This document shows positions 7,835 to 17,350 of a stretch of 64,000 nt of DNA, piece after piece. The stretch spans positions 64,701 through 128,700 of the forward strand of contig QKEV01000003.1 of NCBI GenBank assembly GCA_003252295.1, read 5' to 3'. This DNA is from a bacterium (lineage in GTDB: Bacteria > Patescibacteriota > Minisyncoccia > Phycocordibacterales > UBA12088). Under the pieces are notes generated by a model. The model made no database searches. It was not told the DNA's origin and worked only from the letters and a program-made list of their open reading frames with translations. The translations under genes were made by a program, and so were the position numbers. Numbering within the stretch: position 1 is the stretch's first letter; every line of letters begins with the position of its first letter.

Positions 7835-8617
7835 ATGGATGAATCAATAACACAGGAACCACAGCCGGTGGTGGTAAAGAAAAAAACCTGGAAAGACAAG
7901 ATTGCTAAGACTACAAAATTATCAAAAGCGCTGACACTCGTGCTTTTTGTGATACTACCTATTTTTGGTTTTTGGTTGGGTTCTGTATTTACTTCAGTTC
8001 ATCTTGAGTATGTGCATAGCTGTGAATCTTGTGAAATGGAACTTATTGGTTGCAGTCTTCAAAACCAGCAAGAGAAAATGAAGGTACGTGAGACGATGAG
8101 TCATCCGTTGAGTTTCATTGGCGTGAGTGAGGATACCAAAACTTGGATACCGGTTATTTCAGATGATGCCTCAGGAGCAAATATGCAGGTGGTAAGTGCA
8201 AATGGTGTTCGATCAGTAGCGCTTGAAGGGGAACTGTGGCGTTCAACAATATACTATAACTGTGGTGATGAGTTACCAATCAATCCATTTGAGATCTATA
8301 AGACAATGTTTCTTGCACATGGGTGGGGTACAGATGTTGTGACAGGCAATAACCTGAGTGTGCGAGCGATCTTTGCAGATGGGCCACTGGGGAGTGCTGA
8401 AGGTTATGTGAAGGTGAGTGGTGACACAGTTCAAGCAGTGAAGTTGGGCTATAACAAGGAGTATTTTAATACCTGCGAATATAAACCAGATGATCCAAAC
8501 AGTACCTGCCCGTTGTATGAAAAGATGTGTCCACTGAACATAGAATTTGAAATTTTTGTGAGTGATGTGTATCCGCTAGAGAAGGTGTACGATAAGGTGG
8601 GAGTTATAGAACAGTAA
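7835..8617 (+). CDS. Hypothetical membrane-anchored extracytoplasmic protein (Cys-containing)
   Basis: Lys-rich N-terminus, then TM (ALTLVLFVILPIFGFWLGSVF), then a ~200-aa domain with 8 Cys. No family motif recognised. Confidence 0.4.
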   Translation: MDESITQEPQPVVVKKKTWKDKIAKTTKLSKALTLVLFVILPIFGFWLGSVFTSVHLEYVHSCESCEMELIGCSLQNQQEKMKVRETMSHPLSFIGVSEDTKTWIPVISDDASGANMQVVSANGVRSVALEGELWRSTIYYNCGDELPINPFEIYKTMFLAHGWGTDVVTGNNLSVRAIFADGPLGSAEGYVKVSGDTVQAVKLGYNKEYFNTCEYKPDDPNSTCPLYEKMCPLNIEFEIFVSDVYPLEKVYDKVGVIEQ

Positions 8618-8640
8618 TTCCTTTTCGGTTTATATAACAT

Positions 8641-8898
8641 ATGACCTCGTTTCGTAAAAGCGTACTCCGTGTGGTACGTGGTATTCCAGAGGGCGATACA
8701 CGTACGTACAAGGAGGTTGCCATAGCAGCAGGGAACCCGAAGGCAGCTCGGGCAGTTGGTGCTATTCTCAAAACAAACTATGATCCAACTATTCCATGCC
8801 ATCGTGTTGTAAAAAGTGATGGTACGCTCGGTGGGTATAATAGGGGGGTGGGTACAAAAAGGAAGCTTTTAGACGAGGAATCACGTTTAAAACAATGA
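8641..8898 (+). CDS. Methylated-DNA-protein-cysteine methyltransferase DNA-binding domain protein (MGMT/Ogt C-terminal domain only, active-site PCHRVV present)
   Basis: IPCHRVV active-site motif plus a helix-turn-helix-like region (YKEVAIAAGNPKAARAVGAIL). Only ~85 aa, so there is no N-terminal domain. Confidence 0.7.
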   Translation: MTSFRKSVLRVVRGIPEGDTRTYKEVAIAAGNPKAARAVGAILKTNYDPTIPCHRVVKSDGTLGGYNRGVGTKRKLLDEESRLKQ

Positions 8899-8977
8899 AG
8901 TTAGTAACGGGGTTGTGCAACTTTGCATATTCTTACTATAATAGATACATTACAAATGTAATGTATATACAATTACT

Positions 8978-9466
8978 ATGAAGATTAAACACTACCTCTT
9001 CGCATTGCTTTTTGCGTTCGTGCTTGCACCAGTTGTAGCACAGGTTGCCAATGCAGAAGATGAACTAACTCTTGAGTCATTGAATGACACCATTCAAGAC
9101 CTTCTCGCTAGAGTTGAAACACTTGAAGGAGACCTTGAGGATGCGAATAACAAAATTGCTGATCTCGAAGACGAGCTAGCAAGCATCGATACATCTGCTG
9201 TTGTTGGCGATGATGACGACGATGATGACGACGATGATGATACTTCATATCGTGGTTACAACAAAGCAGCACCAGGAACAGGAAATGTTGCTGTTTGCCA
9301 TAACGGTAAGACGCTACGTGTAAACGTGCGTTCTGCTCTTAACTACAAGAGTAACGGTGCAAAACTTGGTACCTGTGCTTTTGACGACGATAGTAGCAGT
9401 GATGATGGTGACGACGATGATGATGACGACGATGATGATGATGACGATGACACCACTGAAGAGTAG
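8978..9466 (+). CDS. Secreted protein with signal peptide, coiled-coil segment and two poly-Asp tracts flanking a 2-Cys core
   Basis: Signal peptide MKIKHYLFALLFAFVLAPVVAQVANA, heptad-like acidic helix, D11 and D20-like runs encoded by (gat/gac)n, and the central segment VAVCHNGKTLRVNVRSALNYKSNGAKLGTC. Confidence 0.6.
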   Translation: MKIKHYLFALLFAFVLAPVVAQVANAEDELTLESLNDTIQDLLARVETLEGDLEDANNKIADLEDELASIDTSAVVGDDDDDDDDDDDTSYRGYNKAAPGTGNVAVCHNGKTLRVNVRSALNYKSNGAKLGTCAFDDDSSSDDGDDDDDDDDDDDDDDTTEE

Positions 9467-9485
9467 TGTTTAGTTAATCTAAAAG

Positions 9486-9516
9486 AAAAACACCCACACT
9501 GTGGGTGTTTTTCTTT
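9486..9516 (+). terminator. Rho-independent terminator
   Basis: aaaaacacccacac-tgtgggtgttttt hairpin plus T-run downstream of 8978-9466. Confidence 0.7.
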
Positions 9517-9559
9517 TATGGTAAAATAGTACTGTTTATCAGTTAAGCACTAACATGAT

Positions 9560-9946
9560 ATGAAGGGATACATAGTTAACATTGAGAAAGAGACACTAGA
9601 GAACGAGAACTACCGAAAGGTGCTCTACACTACAAAAGATAGTCAGTTGGTACTCATGACCATTCAGCCAGGTGATGAAATAGGTACGGAAGTACACGAA
9701 CTTGCACAGTTTATTCGCATTGAATCTGGTCAAGCGAAGGCTGTACTTGATGGTGTCGAACATGAGCTGGCTGAGGATTGGGCAGTTGTTATTCCTGCTG
9801 GGTGTGAACACAATATTGTGAACATAGGGGATACACCACTTCGTCTCTACTCAATATACTCACCTCCAGAACATAAGGATGGTACTATTCACTCAACAAA
9901 GGCAGATGAGAAGGAAGAGCACTTTGATGGTGTGATCAGTGAGTAG
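9560..9946 (+). CDS. Cupin domain protein
   Basis: Cupin motifs G(x)5HxH-like GTEVHELAQFIRIESG and ...VVIPAGCEHNIVNIGDTPLRLYSIY. Confidence 0.65.
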   Translation: MKGYIVNIEKETLENENYRKVLYTTKDSQLVLMTIQPGDEIGTEVHELAQFIRIESGQAKAVLDGVEHELAEDWAVVIPAGCEHNIVNIGDTPLRLYSIYSPPEHKDGTIHSTKADEKEEHFDGVISE

Positions 9947-9956
9947 TAGTTAAAAT

Positions 9957-9987
9957 AAAAAGCGGTACATGTTGTACCGCTTTTTAT
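9957..9987 (+). terminator. Rho-independent terminator
   Basis: aaaagcggtacatgttgtaccgcttttt. Confidence 0.7.
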
Positions 9988-10712
9988 GTATGTATATGAA
10001 AATAATCACTTTAAACATTGAAAGAAATCTACATCTTGAAAATGTTAAAAAATTTATCGAGTCTGAGAACCCGGATATACTATGTTTACAAGAAGTTATG
10101 GAACCTGCGTTTCATAATTTGTGTGGTACTGAAAAAATGTATGGTTCATTTACCCCCTTTGCTATCCTTAGGGAATGGGGGGAAACTTGTGACAACGAGA
10201 TGATGGGTGTGGCAATACTCACTAGGGAACCACACACACTTCTTGGAACACACTACTACCAAGGATCAAAAGAACACCCGAAGGAATTTATGAAAGACAT
10301 GGAAGTAACCATGACAACAAGGAGGTGCTCGCGTGCAGTACTGGCTGTTGAATACAACGGTACGGTAGTGGCAACAACACACTTCACGTACTCATTGCAA
10401 GGTGTTCCTGATGCAGCATAGGGTGTGTCACTGCAGAGAATGTTAGAGCTCACTAAACCTTACAAAGATCTGGTGTTTTGTGGAGATTTCAATATACCGA
10501 GACCAAACAAGTACTACCAGCAGTTACGTAGTACGTTTACTGATAATGTTCCTGAACAATACTTGTCCTCGATAGATCCAGATTTGCATCACATAAAAGG
10601 TTTACAAAAAATGGTTGACTACATATGGACGAGAGGAGTGTGTAAGGTTACCAATGTACATTTTAAGAATGGTGTTTCTGACCACCTTGCTCTTATTGGA
10701 GAAATTATCTAA
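9969..10712 (+). pseudogene. Endonuclease/exonuclease/phosphatase (EEP) family protein interrupted by an in-frame TAG at 10419-10421
   Basis: The two ORFs 9969-10421 and 10425-10712 are in the same frame. The N-part (ITLNIERN...LCLQEV) and C-part (GDFN...SDH) together form one EEP domain. The only disruption is the single TAG (…VPDAA*GVSLQ…). Confidence 0.6.
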
Positions 10713-10763
10713 CTGGATAATTCAAGAGAATAAGAAGTCGCACTTTGGTATCATAGTAGCAAC

Positions 10764-12239
10764 ATGGCTCGTTACAGTATACAGAATAATGACACACCAG
10801 ATTCACCTCCTGAACATAGGCGTTTTGATCGAAAGACAGTTGGTGGTAAGACGACGTGGATGTCGTCGAAGATTCAGGAACGGGCTCATGCTGCCGCAAA
10901 AGCAGCAACAGAGGTGGCAGTACATATTGCCAACCCTGCAACAGCTGAAGCTGTTGCGCAAGAAATGATTGTTCCAGAAAGGAGAGAAATCGTCTCACAT
11001 ATAAAAAGAAAAAGCGAGGTTCCGTTACCTGGAGAAATACAGGAGGTTGAACCTAGTACTACTCAGATAAACGAGGATGCACTTATTTACATACGTGGGG
11101 TTGTTAGTCAGGCAATAGAAGAGGGTGCATCAGATGTACACTTTGAGCCAAAAAGAGAAATGTATCAGGTGCGCATACGTGTTGATGGTGTGTTGCATAA
11201 AGTTGAAGAACGAAGTATTGAAGAGTATCAAAAAGTTCTCAATTCGGTAAAGGTGCTCGCCGATCTTGATATTTCGGAACATACTATTCCACAAGATGGA
11301 CATATCGAATTAGTACAGGAAGCAGAGAATACAAAAGGTGATGAGAAACATTACTATGATATACGTGTCTCATCATTTCCTTCTGTAAATGGTGAAGTAA
11401 TTGTAATGCGTATTTTAAATCGTGCTAACGCACTACTCTCTATAGAAGAACTTGGTATGGATTCTGAGATGCTTGAAAAGCTCAACGAAGCACTCATGAC
11501 CTCATTTGGCATGATACTCATTACTGGACCAACAGGTGCAGGGAAAACAACAACACTGTATTCAGTACTTGGAGAGCTTCGCAATGATGAAAAGAACATC
11601 ATTACCCTCGAGGACCCTATTGAATTTCATCTTGATTGGCTTCGTCAGTGTGAAATAAATCCAGAACGGAATTTTACGTTTGAGAGAGCGATGGAGTCAG
11701 TATTGCGTCAAGATCCAGACATTCTTATGGTAGGAGAGATACGAGATCCTCACACTGCTGAGCATGCTGTGCAAAGTGCCCTTGTTGGACGTATCGTTGG
11801 CTCAACGATACATGCGAATACAACAATTGGAACAATAGCACGTTTGATCGAGCTTGGTATACCAAGGAGTATCGTGGGGCATACATTGAATGCCATCATT
11901 GCACAACGTCTCGTACGAAAGACGTGTGAAAAGTGTAAGGTTATATATGAGCCTGACAGGAAGGTGCTCAAACATTTTGGTTTAGAGAAACACGTTGGAC
12001 CATTTTTCAAAGGAAAAGGTTGTGAAGCGTGTGATAACACTGGATTTAAGGGGCGAACTGGCATTTACTCACTCATGACATTTTCTGATGAGTTGAGGAA
12101 TATGTTATTTGACCAGAAACCTCTTATTGACATATATGAGCATGCGCGGTTAAAAGGTATGAAAACACTGCAAGAGGATGCTGCAATGAAGATATTTGCA
12201 GGCATTACGACGGCAGAAGAGGCAGCAAGGGTTGTTTAG
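10764..12239 (+). CDS. Type II/IV secretion system ATPase (GspE/PilB family) with atypical N-terminal ~110 aa
   Basis: Walker A ITGPTGAGKTTTLYS, Asp box ILMVGEIRD, and a tetracysteine CEKCKVIY...GCEACDNTGFKGR typical of PilB/GspE. Confidence 0.8.
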   Translation: MARYSIQNNDTPDSPPEHRRFDRKTVGGKTTWMSSKIQERAHAAAKAATEVAVHIANPATAEAVAQEMIVPERREIVSHIKRKSEVPLPGEIQEVEPSTTQINEDALIYIRGVVSQAIEEGASDVHFEPKREMYQVRIRVDGVLHKVEERSIEEYQKVLNSVKVLADLDISEHTIPQDGHIELVQEAENTKGDEKHYYDIRVSSFPSVNGEVIVMRILNRANALLSIEELGMDSEMLEKLNEALMTSFGMILITGPTGAGKTTTLYSVLGELRNDEKNIITLEDPIEFHLDWLRQCEINPERNFTFERAMESVLRQDPDILMVGEIRDPHTAEHAVQSALVGRIVGSTIHANTTIGTIARLIELGIPRSIVGHTLNAIIAQRLVRKTCEKCKVIYEPDRKVLKHFGLEKHVGPFFKGKGCEACDNTGFKGRTGIYSLMTFSDELRNMLFDQKPLIDIYEHARLKGMKTLQEDAAMKIFAGITTAEEAARVV

Positions 12240-12316
12240 TGTTGTATAAACTTGCTAGAGTTAGATAACAAGGTAGGATATACTGAACACGTGACGTTTA
12301 TCGTATTATATATACC

Positions 12317-12700
12317 ATGCCAATTAGTAAATTTTTAAAACGTTTTCGCAAGGTTCTCATTGTGGAAGATGATGCGGTGTTACGTGGTGCTCTTGCAGAT
12401 AAGTTTAGTTCCAAGGGGTACAAGGTGCTTGAAGCAAGTGCTGCTCAGGAGGTAATATCTCTCATTGAGAATGAAAAGCTTTCTGCAGTAGTGCTAGATC
12501 TTATTTTGCCGGTTCAGGACGGTATCTCACTTCTTGAAGAGATACGTACTCAGGGGCATACGGTACCTGTTGTTATCCTTTCTAATTTACTCGGTTCAGA
12601 GGATTTGCGGAGTGATGCGGCAAAACTTGATGCCGAGTTTTATAACAAGTCATCAACTTCGCTTGATGAAGTGGTAGATGCAGTAGAATCAAAAATGTAG
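12317..12700 (+). CDS. Single-domain response regulator (CheY-like receiver)
   Basis: KVLIVEDDAVLRG...VVLDLILPVQDGISLLEEIR carries the receiver-domain acidic pocket and phospho-acceptor Asp. There is no output domain. Confidence 0.75.
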   Translation: MPISKFLKRFRKVLIVEDDAVLRGALADKFSSKGYKVLEASAAQEVISLIENEKLSAVVLDLILPVQDGISLLEEIRTQGHTVPVVILSNLLGSEDLRSDAAKLDAEFYNKSSTSLDEVVDAVESKM

Positions 12701-12701
12701 T

Positions 12702-13124
12702 ATGGGATTTTTTGACCTCTTTAAACAAAAGAAGAATGTATGGAAGGTGCTCCTTGTTGAGGACGATGTCCCGTTGCGTCAGTTTGTGGCAGAACGATTA
12801 GTCACTCTTGGTGTGGATGTTATTGAGACAGGTGATGGTGCCACGGTGTTGGAGCTCATTAAGAAGCATCAACCAGACTGTGTTGTACTTGATATCATGT
12901 TACCAGGGAAGAGTGGTATGCAGATACTTGAAGAGCTTCGTGCTGATGACAAGAAGACGCCAGTTGTGATGCTCACTACGCTTTCTGGTGAAGGTGGTCT
13001 AAAACTTGAAGCAGCGAAACATAATGCAGTGTTCCTCAATAAGGCGAATACCGCACTTGAAGTGGTAATAGAGACAGTTTTGCGTAACCTTGATGAAGAT
13101 ATAAAAGAACATAATGACAAGTAG
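12702..13124 (+). CDS. Single-domain response regulator (CheY-like receiver), second copy
   Basis: KVLLVEDDVPLRQ...VVLDIMLPGKSGMQILEELR. Start is 2 nt after the previous stop. Confidence 0.75.
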   Translation: MGFFDLFKQKKNVWKVLLVEDDVPLRQFVAERLVTLGVDVIETGDGATVLELIKKHQPDCVVLDIMLPGKSGMQILEELRADDKKTPVVMLTTLSGEGGLKLEAAKHNAVFLNKANTALEVVIETVLRNLDEDIKEHNDK

Positions 13125-13785
13125 TGTTGATTACAATGCATTACTGCTTAAGGTAATGGCACATGATTTGCTTGCACCGCTCACTGCCATAAAATGGCAG
13201 ACGGAACTTCTCGATAAGCATGTAAAAGATAATGATAAACGGGCTCGCTACCTCAAAGGTATCGCTGATTCTACTGAGCTTGGTATTATGCTCACAAAGA
13301 ACGTTCATGTTGCGGCACAGGTCTTGGGGGGTAGCTACCAAGGTGTTACCGGTGAGGGAAACCTTGCTGAAGTTATCAAAGAATCGATTACTGCACTACG
13401 GTTGCAGTATGAACGACATGGCTTGAAGCTCGATACTGAGATCGAGATCCTTGAAGGCAATGAGGACCTTGATGAGGCACTGCTTGGACTTTTTGTTTGG
13501 GCGGTTGGAAAATTTTTCCTTACCTGCACACCTCCAGAAACAACAGTGCGTACTCGTGGTATGGCAACTGAAGAGAAGAAATATGTTTTTTCAGTAAGTG
13601 CACCAAATGTTAAAGAACGGGAAGCACTAGAGAAACTCTTTTCTGAAACAGAGGGACATAATGATCTTGATCAAACATTTGTTTTTGTAAAACTTTTAAA
13701 AGATATTGCTCCAATGCTTACCGCAAAGCTCAGTATTGAGCAAGATGATGAGTTCTTTGCTGTTACAATAATCTTTGAGAAGTAA
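13114..13785 (+). CDS. HisKA-domain protein with degenerate ATP-binding domain (likely kinase-dead phosphotransfer component)
   Basis: H-box MAHDLLAPLTAIKWQTELL is present. The downstream region lacks recognisable N, G1 and G2 boxes (VWAVGKF instead of an N-box Asn). Overlaps the preceding RR gene by 11 nt. Confidence 0.5.
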   Translation: MTSSVDYNALLLKVMAHDLLAPLTAIKWQTELLDKHVKDNDKRARYLKGIADSTELGIMLTKNVHVAAQVLGGSYQGVTGEGNLAEVIKESITALRLQYERHGLKLDTEIEILEGNEDLDEALLGLFVWAVGKFFLTCTPPETTVRTRGMATEEKKYVFSVSAPNVKEREALEKLFSETEGHNDLDQTFVFVKLLKDIAPMLTAKLSIEQDDEFFAVTIIFEK

Positions 13786-13860
13786 GTACTCACTCATACT
13801 ATTCACTGTTTTTTGTGAATAAGATAATATGTAGCACCCTTTCTAAGGTATACTTTTGGT

Positions 13861-15423
13861 ATGAGTAAAAAGAAGTTCACTTTTGCTCTTGTTTTTGTCG
13901 TTGCAGTTGTCATTGTATGGATGATGGTGCGACCAAGTAACGGAGCTCCAATGTACGAACCAGCCGTGGTTGAACGTGGTGAGGTGACTCATATGGTTTC
14001 AGTGACAGGTCATGTCGAACCAGTAACGAGGGTGAACCTTGCATTTCCCGTAGGTGGACGCGTCACTGCGTTTCCTGTTGAAGAGGGGACACCAGTACTT
14101 GATGGAACAGTAGTGGGGGTGCTCGATGGTGGTATTTTACAATCATCACTTCGTGAGGCAGAACTAGCAGTTGAGCGAGAGAAGGCGGTACTGCGTGATC
14201 TGACCGCTCCGCTTCGAAGCGAGGAGCGAGCAGTGAAGAGTACAGCGGTTGCAAATGCAGAACTAGCACTTGCACGAGCAGAAGATGCTGCTCGAACAGC
14301 AATAGCAAAGGCATTTGTCTATGCTGATAGTGCAGTGCATGAGGATGCTGACGAACTCTTTGAAAATGATAAGTTTGGCGTAACGTTTACCTACGGTACC
14401 ATTGCGTATCGTTTGCAGGCAGATGCCGCGACTGAGAGTACAATAAATCTAAAAAAGAAGGAGGTGGAAGCGGTTCTTGAAGCACTTGATGGAAGGAGTG
14501 ATAGTACAGCTGCTGATGTTGATATACTGTTGTCACAAACCGATGCAGACTTGGTAGTTGTTGAGGACTTTCTCACCGATCTTGCAAAAGTTGTTAACAG
14601 GTACACGTCAGATGACAGTATCAATCAAACGGTATATGAATCATTTCAAACTGCTGTAGCTTCTGCGCGAACTTCTGTTAATACGGCACGGAGTGAGATT
14701 TCAGCAGCACATACAGCACTGAGTAGTGCGGAATCATCCCTCATGCTTGCGCAGAGTAACCTAGATCTCTCTGAGGCAGGTGCTTCTGAGGATAGTATTG
14801 CTGCCCAACGAGCTTCAGTTGCCAGTGCGATGGCTGCCGTCGGGACGGCAGAGGAACGTGCGAAGGATACTGTTCTCACGGTGCCGTTTGATGGTATTTT
14901 GTCACGTATCAACTTTGAAATAGGAGAGATTGTGAGTGCATATGAACCGGTTGCTGAACTTATAACAGAGGGTGTCTTTGAGGTGGAGGCATACATCCCT
15001 GAGGCGGATATTGCTCGGGTGAAGCTTGGTGATACTGCGAAAGTCACCTTTGATGCGTACGAGCAGAGCGATGTGTTTACTGCAACTGTAGTGCGTATAG
15101 CAGTTTCTGAAACGTACAAAGAGGGTGTACCAACCTATAAGACAACACTGCGTATTGATGATGCTGATCGCGAGAATATAACGCTTCGACCAGGAATGAC
15201 GGCAGACATAGATATACTCACTGACACAAGAGAGGATACACTCTTCATTCCGGTACGAAGCGTCTTGACTGAAAACGGAAGGACCTATGTACGTATCTAC
15301 CAGAATGGTGAGTTTGTTGAGAAGGATATTGAAACGGGCTTACGTGGCTCAGAAGGCACTGTTGAGGTTACTGGTGGTTTAGAGGAGGATGATGAGGTTG
15401 TGCTGTACGTTGAAGAAGAATGA
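13861..15423 (+). CDS. HlyD-family periplasmic adaptor (membrane fusion protein, MacA-like)
   Basis: N-terminal TM, long coiled-coil, then beta-barrel/lipoyl-like motifs (VLTVPFDGILSRINFEIGEIV; TLFIPVRSV). Its stop overlaps the start of the ABC ATPase gene. Confidence 0.75.
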   Translation: MSKKKFTFALVFVVAVVIVWMMVRPSNGAPMYEPAVVERGEVTHMVSVTGHVEPVTRVNLAFPVGGRVTAFPVEEGTPVLDGTVVGVLDGGILQSSLREAELAVEREKAVLRDLTAPLRSEERAVKSTAVANAELALARAEDAARTAIAKAFVYADSAVHEDADELFENDKFGVTFTYGTIAYRLQADAATESTINLKKKEVEAVLEALDGRSDSTAADVDILLSQTDADLVVVEDFLTDLAKVVNRYTSDDSINQTVYESFQTAVASARTSVNTARSEISAAHTALSSAESSLMLAQSNLDLSEAGASEDSIAAQRASVASAMAAVGTAEERAKDTVLTVPFDGILSRINFEIGEIVSAYEPVAELITEGVFEVEAYIPEADIARVKLGDTAKVTFDAYEQSDVFTATVVRIAVSETYKEGVPTYKTTLRIDDADRENITLRPGMTADIDILTDTREDTLFIPVRSVLTENGRTYVRIYQNGEFVEKDIETGLRGSEGTVEVTGGLEEDDEVVLYVEEE

Positions 15424-16100
15424 GTCCGCTCATTGAGGCAATAGACCTTGAGAAAACATACACTGATGGAACACGTGCCCTTCGTGGTGCGAGTTTTGTC
15501 ATTACGGAAGGTGAGTTTGTTGCGATTATGGGGCCTTCAGGTTCTGGGAAGTCGACACTACTCCATATACTTGGTTTTCTCGATCCACAAACTGCTGGTA
15601 CGTACCGCTTTGAAGGAAAGGAGCTGAAAGATTTTCAGCCAAATGAACTTGCGCGGGTCCGAAATGAAGAGCTTGGTTTTGTATTTCAGCAGTTTAACCT
15701 CATGCCTCACCAAACAGTACTTGAAAATATTTACATGCCACTTTACTACTCGAATGTTCCAAAGAAAGAGTGGCACAGGCGAGCAGAAGAGGCAGCAGAG
15801 CGCGTTGGACTCACACATAGAATGGATCATCTTGCGTACACGCTCTCAGGTGGAGAGAAGCAACGTGTTGCCATCGCTCGTGCTCTCATCAATAAACCAA
15901 AACTCATCTTTGCTGATGAACCGACAGGAAATCTTGATAGTAAGTCAGGTGATAGTGTACTCGAGACGTTAAATGGATTGCATAAGGAGGGTCACACTGT
16001 TGTTTTGATAACACACGGTCAGGAGATTGCAGATCATGCTGATCGAATGCTATTCATCAGAGATGGTCGTTTGGAGAGTGATACTACTAAACAAGTATGA
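15420..16100 (+). CDS. ABC transporter ATP-binding protein (MacB/LolD-like)
   Basis: Walker [10 protein letters not shown], signature [15 protein letters not shown], Walker [13 protein letters not shown]. Confidence 0.85.
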   Translation: MSPLIEAIDLEKTYTDGTRALRGASFVITEGEFVAIMGPSGSGKSTLLHILGFLDPQTAGTYRFEGKELKDFQPNELARVRNEELGFVFQQFNLMPHQTVLENIYMPLYYSNVPKKEWHRRAEEAAERVGLTHRMDHLAYTLSGGEKQRVAIARALINKPKLIFADEPTGNLDSKSGDSVLETLNGLHKEGHTVVLITHGQEIADHADRMLFIRDGRLESDTTKQV

Positions 16101-17341
16101 GGATCATCAACACATTTGAACTAGCGGTACATGGTTTGAAGTCAAAACCCTCTAGAACTTTTTTGACCCTCTTAGGGGTTGCTATTGGTGTTGCTGCAGT
16201 AGTTATCATTGCTTCGCTTGGTGCTGGTACACAGACACTCATTACTGACGAAATAAGTGGACTAGGTGCTGACCTTGTTGCTGTACAACCTGGTGGAGAA
16301 CCGACAAGTATGGCTGACATGGCAAATGTACTCTACTCTGACAGTCTCACACAAGATGACATAGACGCTATTCTGAAAAAGAAGAACGTACCGCATGCTG
16401 TTGATGCAACACCGTTTGTACTCGTTCCTGGTAACGTAACGTACTACAACGAATCATACGTACCGCAAATATACGGTACGGAGGTTGAGGTACTTTCTGA
16501 CATGTTTGATGTGTATGTAGAAGAGGGAGAATTTTTTGGAGAAGGGGAGATAAAAGAAAAAGCAGCGGTTGCGGTTATTGGTTACAAGGTAAACCAGGAA
16601 CTGTTTGGGCAGGTGTCAGGTCTTGGGAAACGTATTTCGATAAATGGTAAGAAGTTTCGAGTAATCGGTATCTATCCAAAAACAGGACAGAAAATGTTTA
16701 CCGACATTGATACACTCGTTATTATTCCATACACAACAGCTCAGACGTACCTAACTGGAGAGGACCACTTTAACGAGATATGGGTACGTATTGATGACTC
16801 AGCAAATGCAAGGCGAACGGAGCAGGATATCGAGTTGACGCTTCGGGAATTACATAACCTCGAAGAGAATGAGGATAATGACTTTGTTATTCGTACCCCA
16901 GAGTCCATTATGGAGCAGGTGAACACAATTTTGCTTTCACTTACGATATTTTTAACAGCAGTAGTTGCGGTCGCGCTCGTGGTAGGAGGTATCGGTATTA
17001 TGAACATGATGCTTGTATCGGTTACCGAACGTACACGTGAAATTGGTTTGAGAAAGGCGATAGGAGCAACTGATACTGATGTGCTCTCACAGTTTCTCAT
17101 AGAGGCAATGCTTCTTACGTTTATGGGAGGTGCTTTTGGTATCGTGAGCGGAGCGCTCATATCGTACGGTGCGGGACTCCTCGTGCTCCATTTCAGTAGT
17201 TTGAACTGGACCTTCCAGCTCCCAGTAGCTGTTTCTGTTGGAGCACTCGTGTTCTCTGTTGTGATAGGGCTCGTGTTTGGACTCTATCCTGCACGAAAAG
17301 CTTCAAAGAAGAGTCCAATGGAAGCACTACGGTACGAGTAG
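16097..17341 (+). CDS. ABC transporter permease (FtsX/MacB-type with periplasmic domain)
   Basis: N-terminal TM, large periplasmic domain, and a C-terminal 3-TM FtsX-like domain (...MLVSVTERTREIGLRKAIGAT...). Overlaps the preceding ATPase gene. Confidence 0.75.
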   Translation: MRIINTFELAVHGLKSKPSRTFLTLLGVAIGVAAVVIIASLGAGTQTLITDEISGLGADLVAVQPGGEPTSMADMANVLYSDSLTQDDIDAILKKKNVPHAVDATPFVLVPGNVTYYNESYVPQIYGTEVEVLSDMFDVYVEEGEFFGEGEIKEKAAVAVIGYKVNQELFGQVSGLGKRISINGKKFRVIGIYPKTGQKMFTDIDTLVIIPYTTAQTYLTGEDHFNEIWVRIDDSANARRTEQDIELTLRELHNLEENEDNDFVIRTPESIMEQVNTILLSLTIFLTAVVAVALVVGGIGIMNMMLVSVTERTREIGLRKAIGATDTDVLSQFLIEAMLLTFMGGAFGIVSGALISYGAGLLVLHFSSLNWTFQLPVAVSVGALVFSVVIGLVFGLYPARKASKKSPMEALRYE

Positions 17342-17350
17342 GGTTTGCTA

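Noticed and set aside
10615-10998. Overlapping ORFs 10615-10968 (+) and 10705-10998 (-)
   Set aside because: They overlap the end of the EEP gene and the start of the PilB-like gene in alternative frames, have no motifs, and are unlikely to be real.
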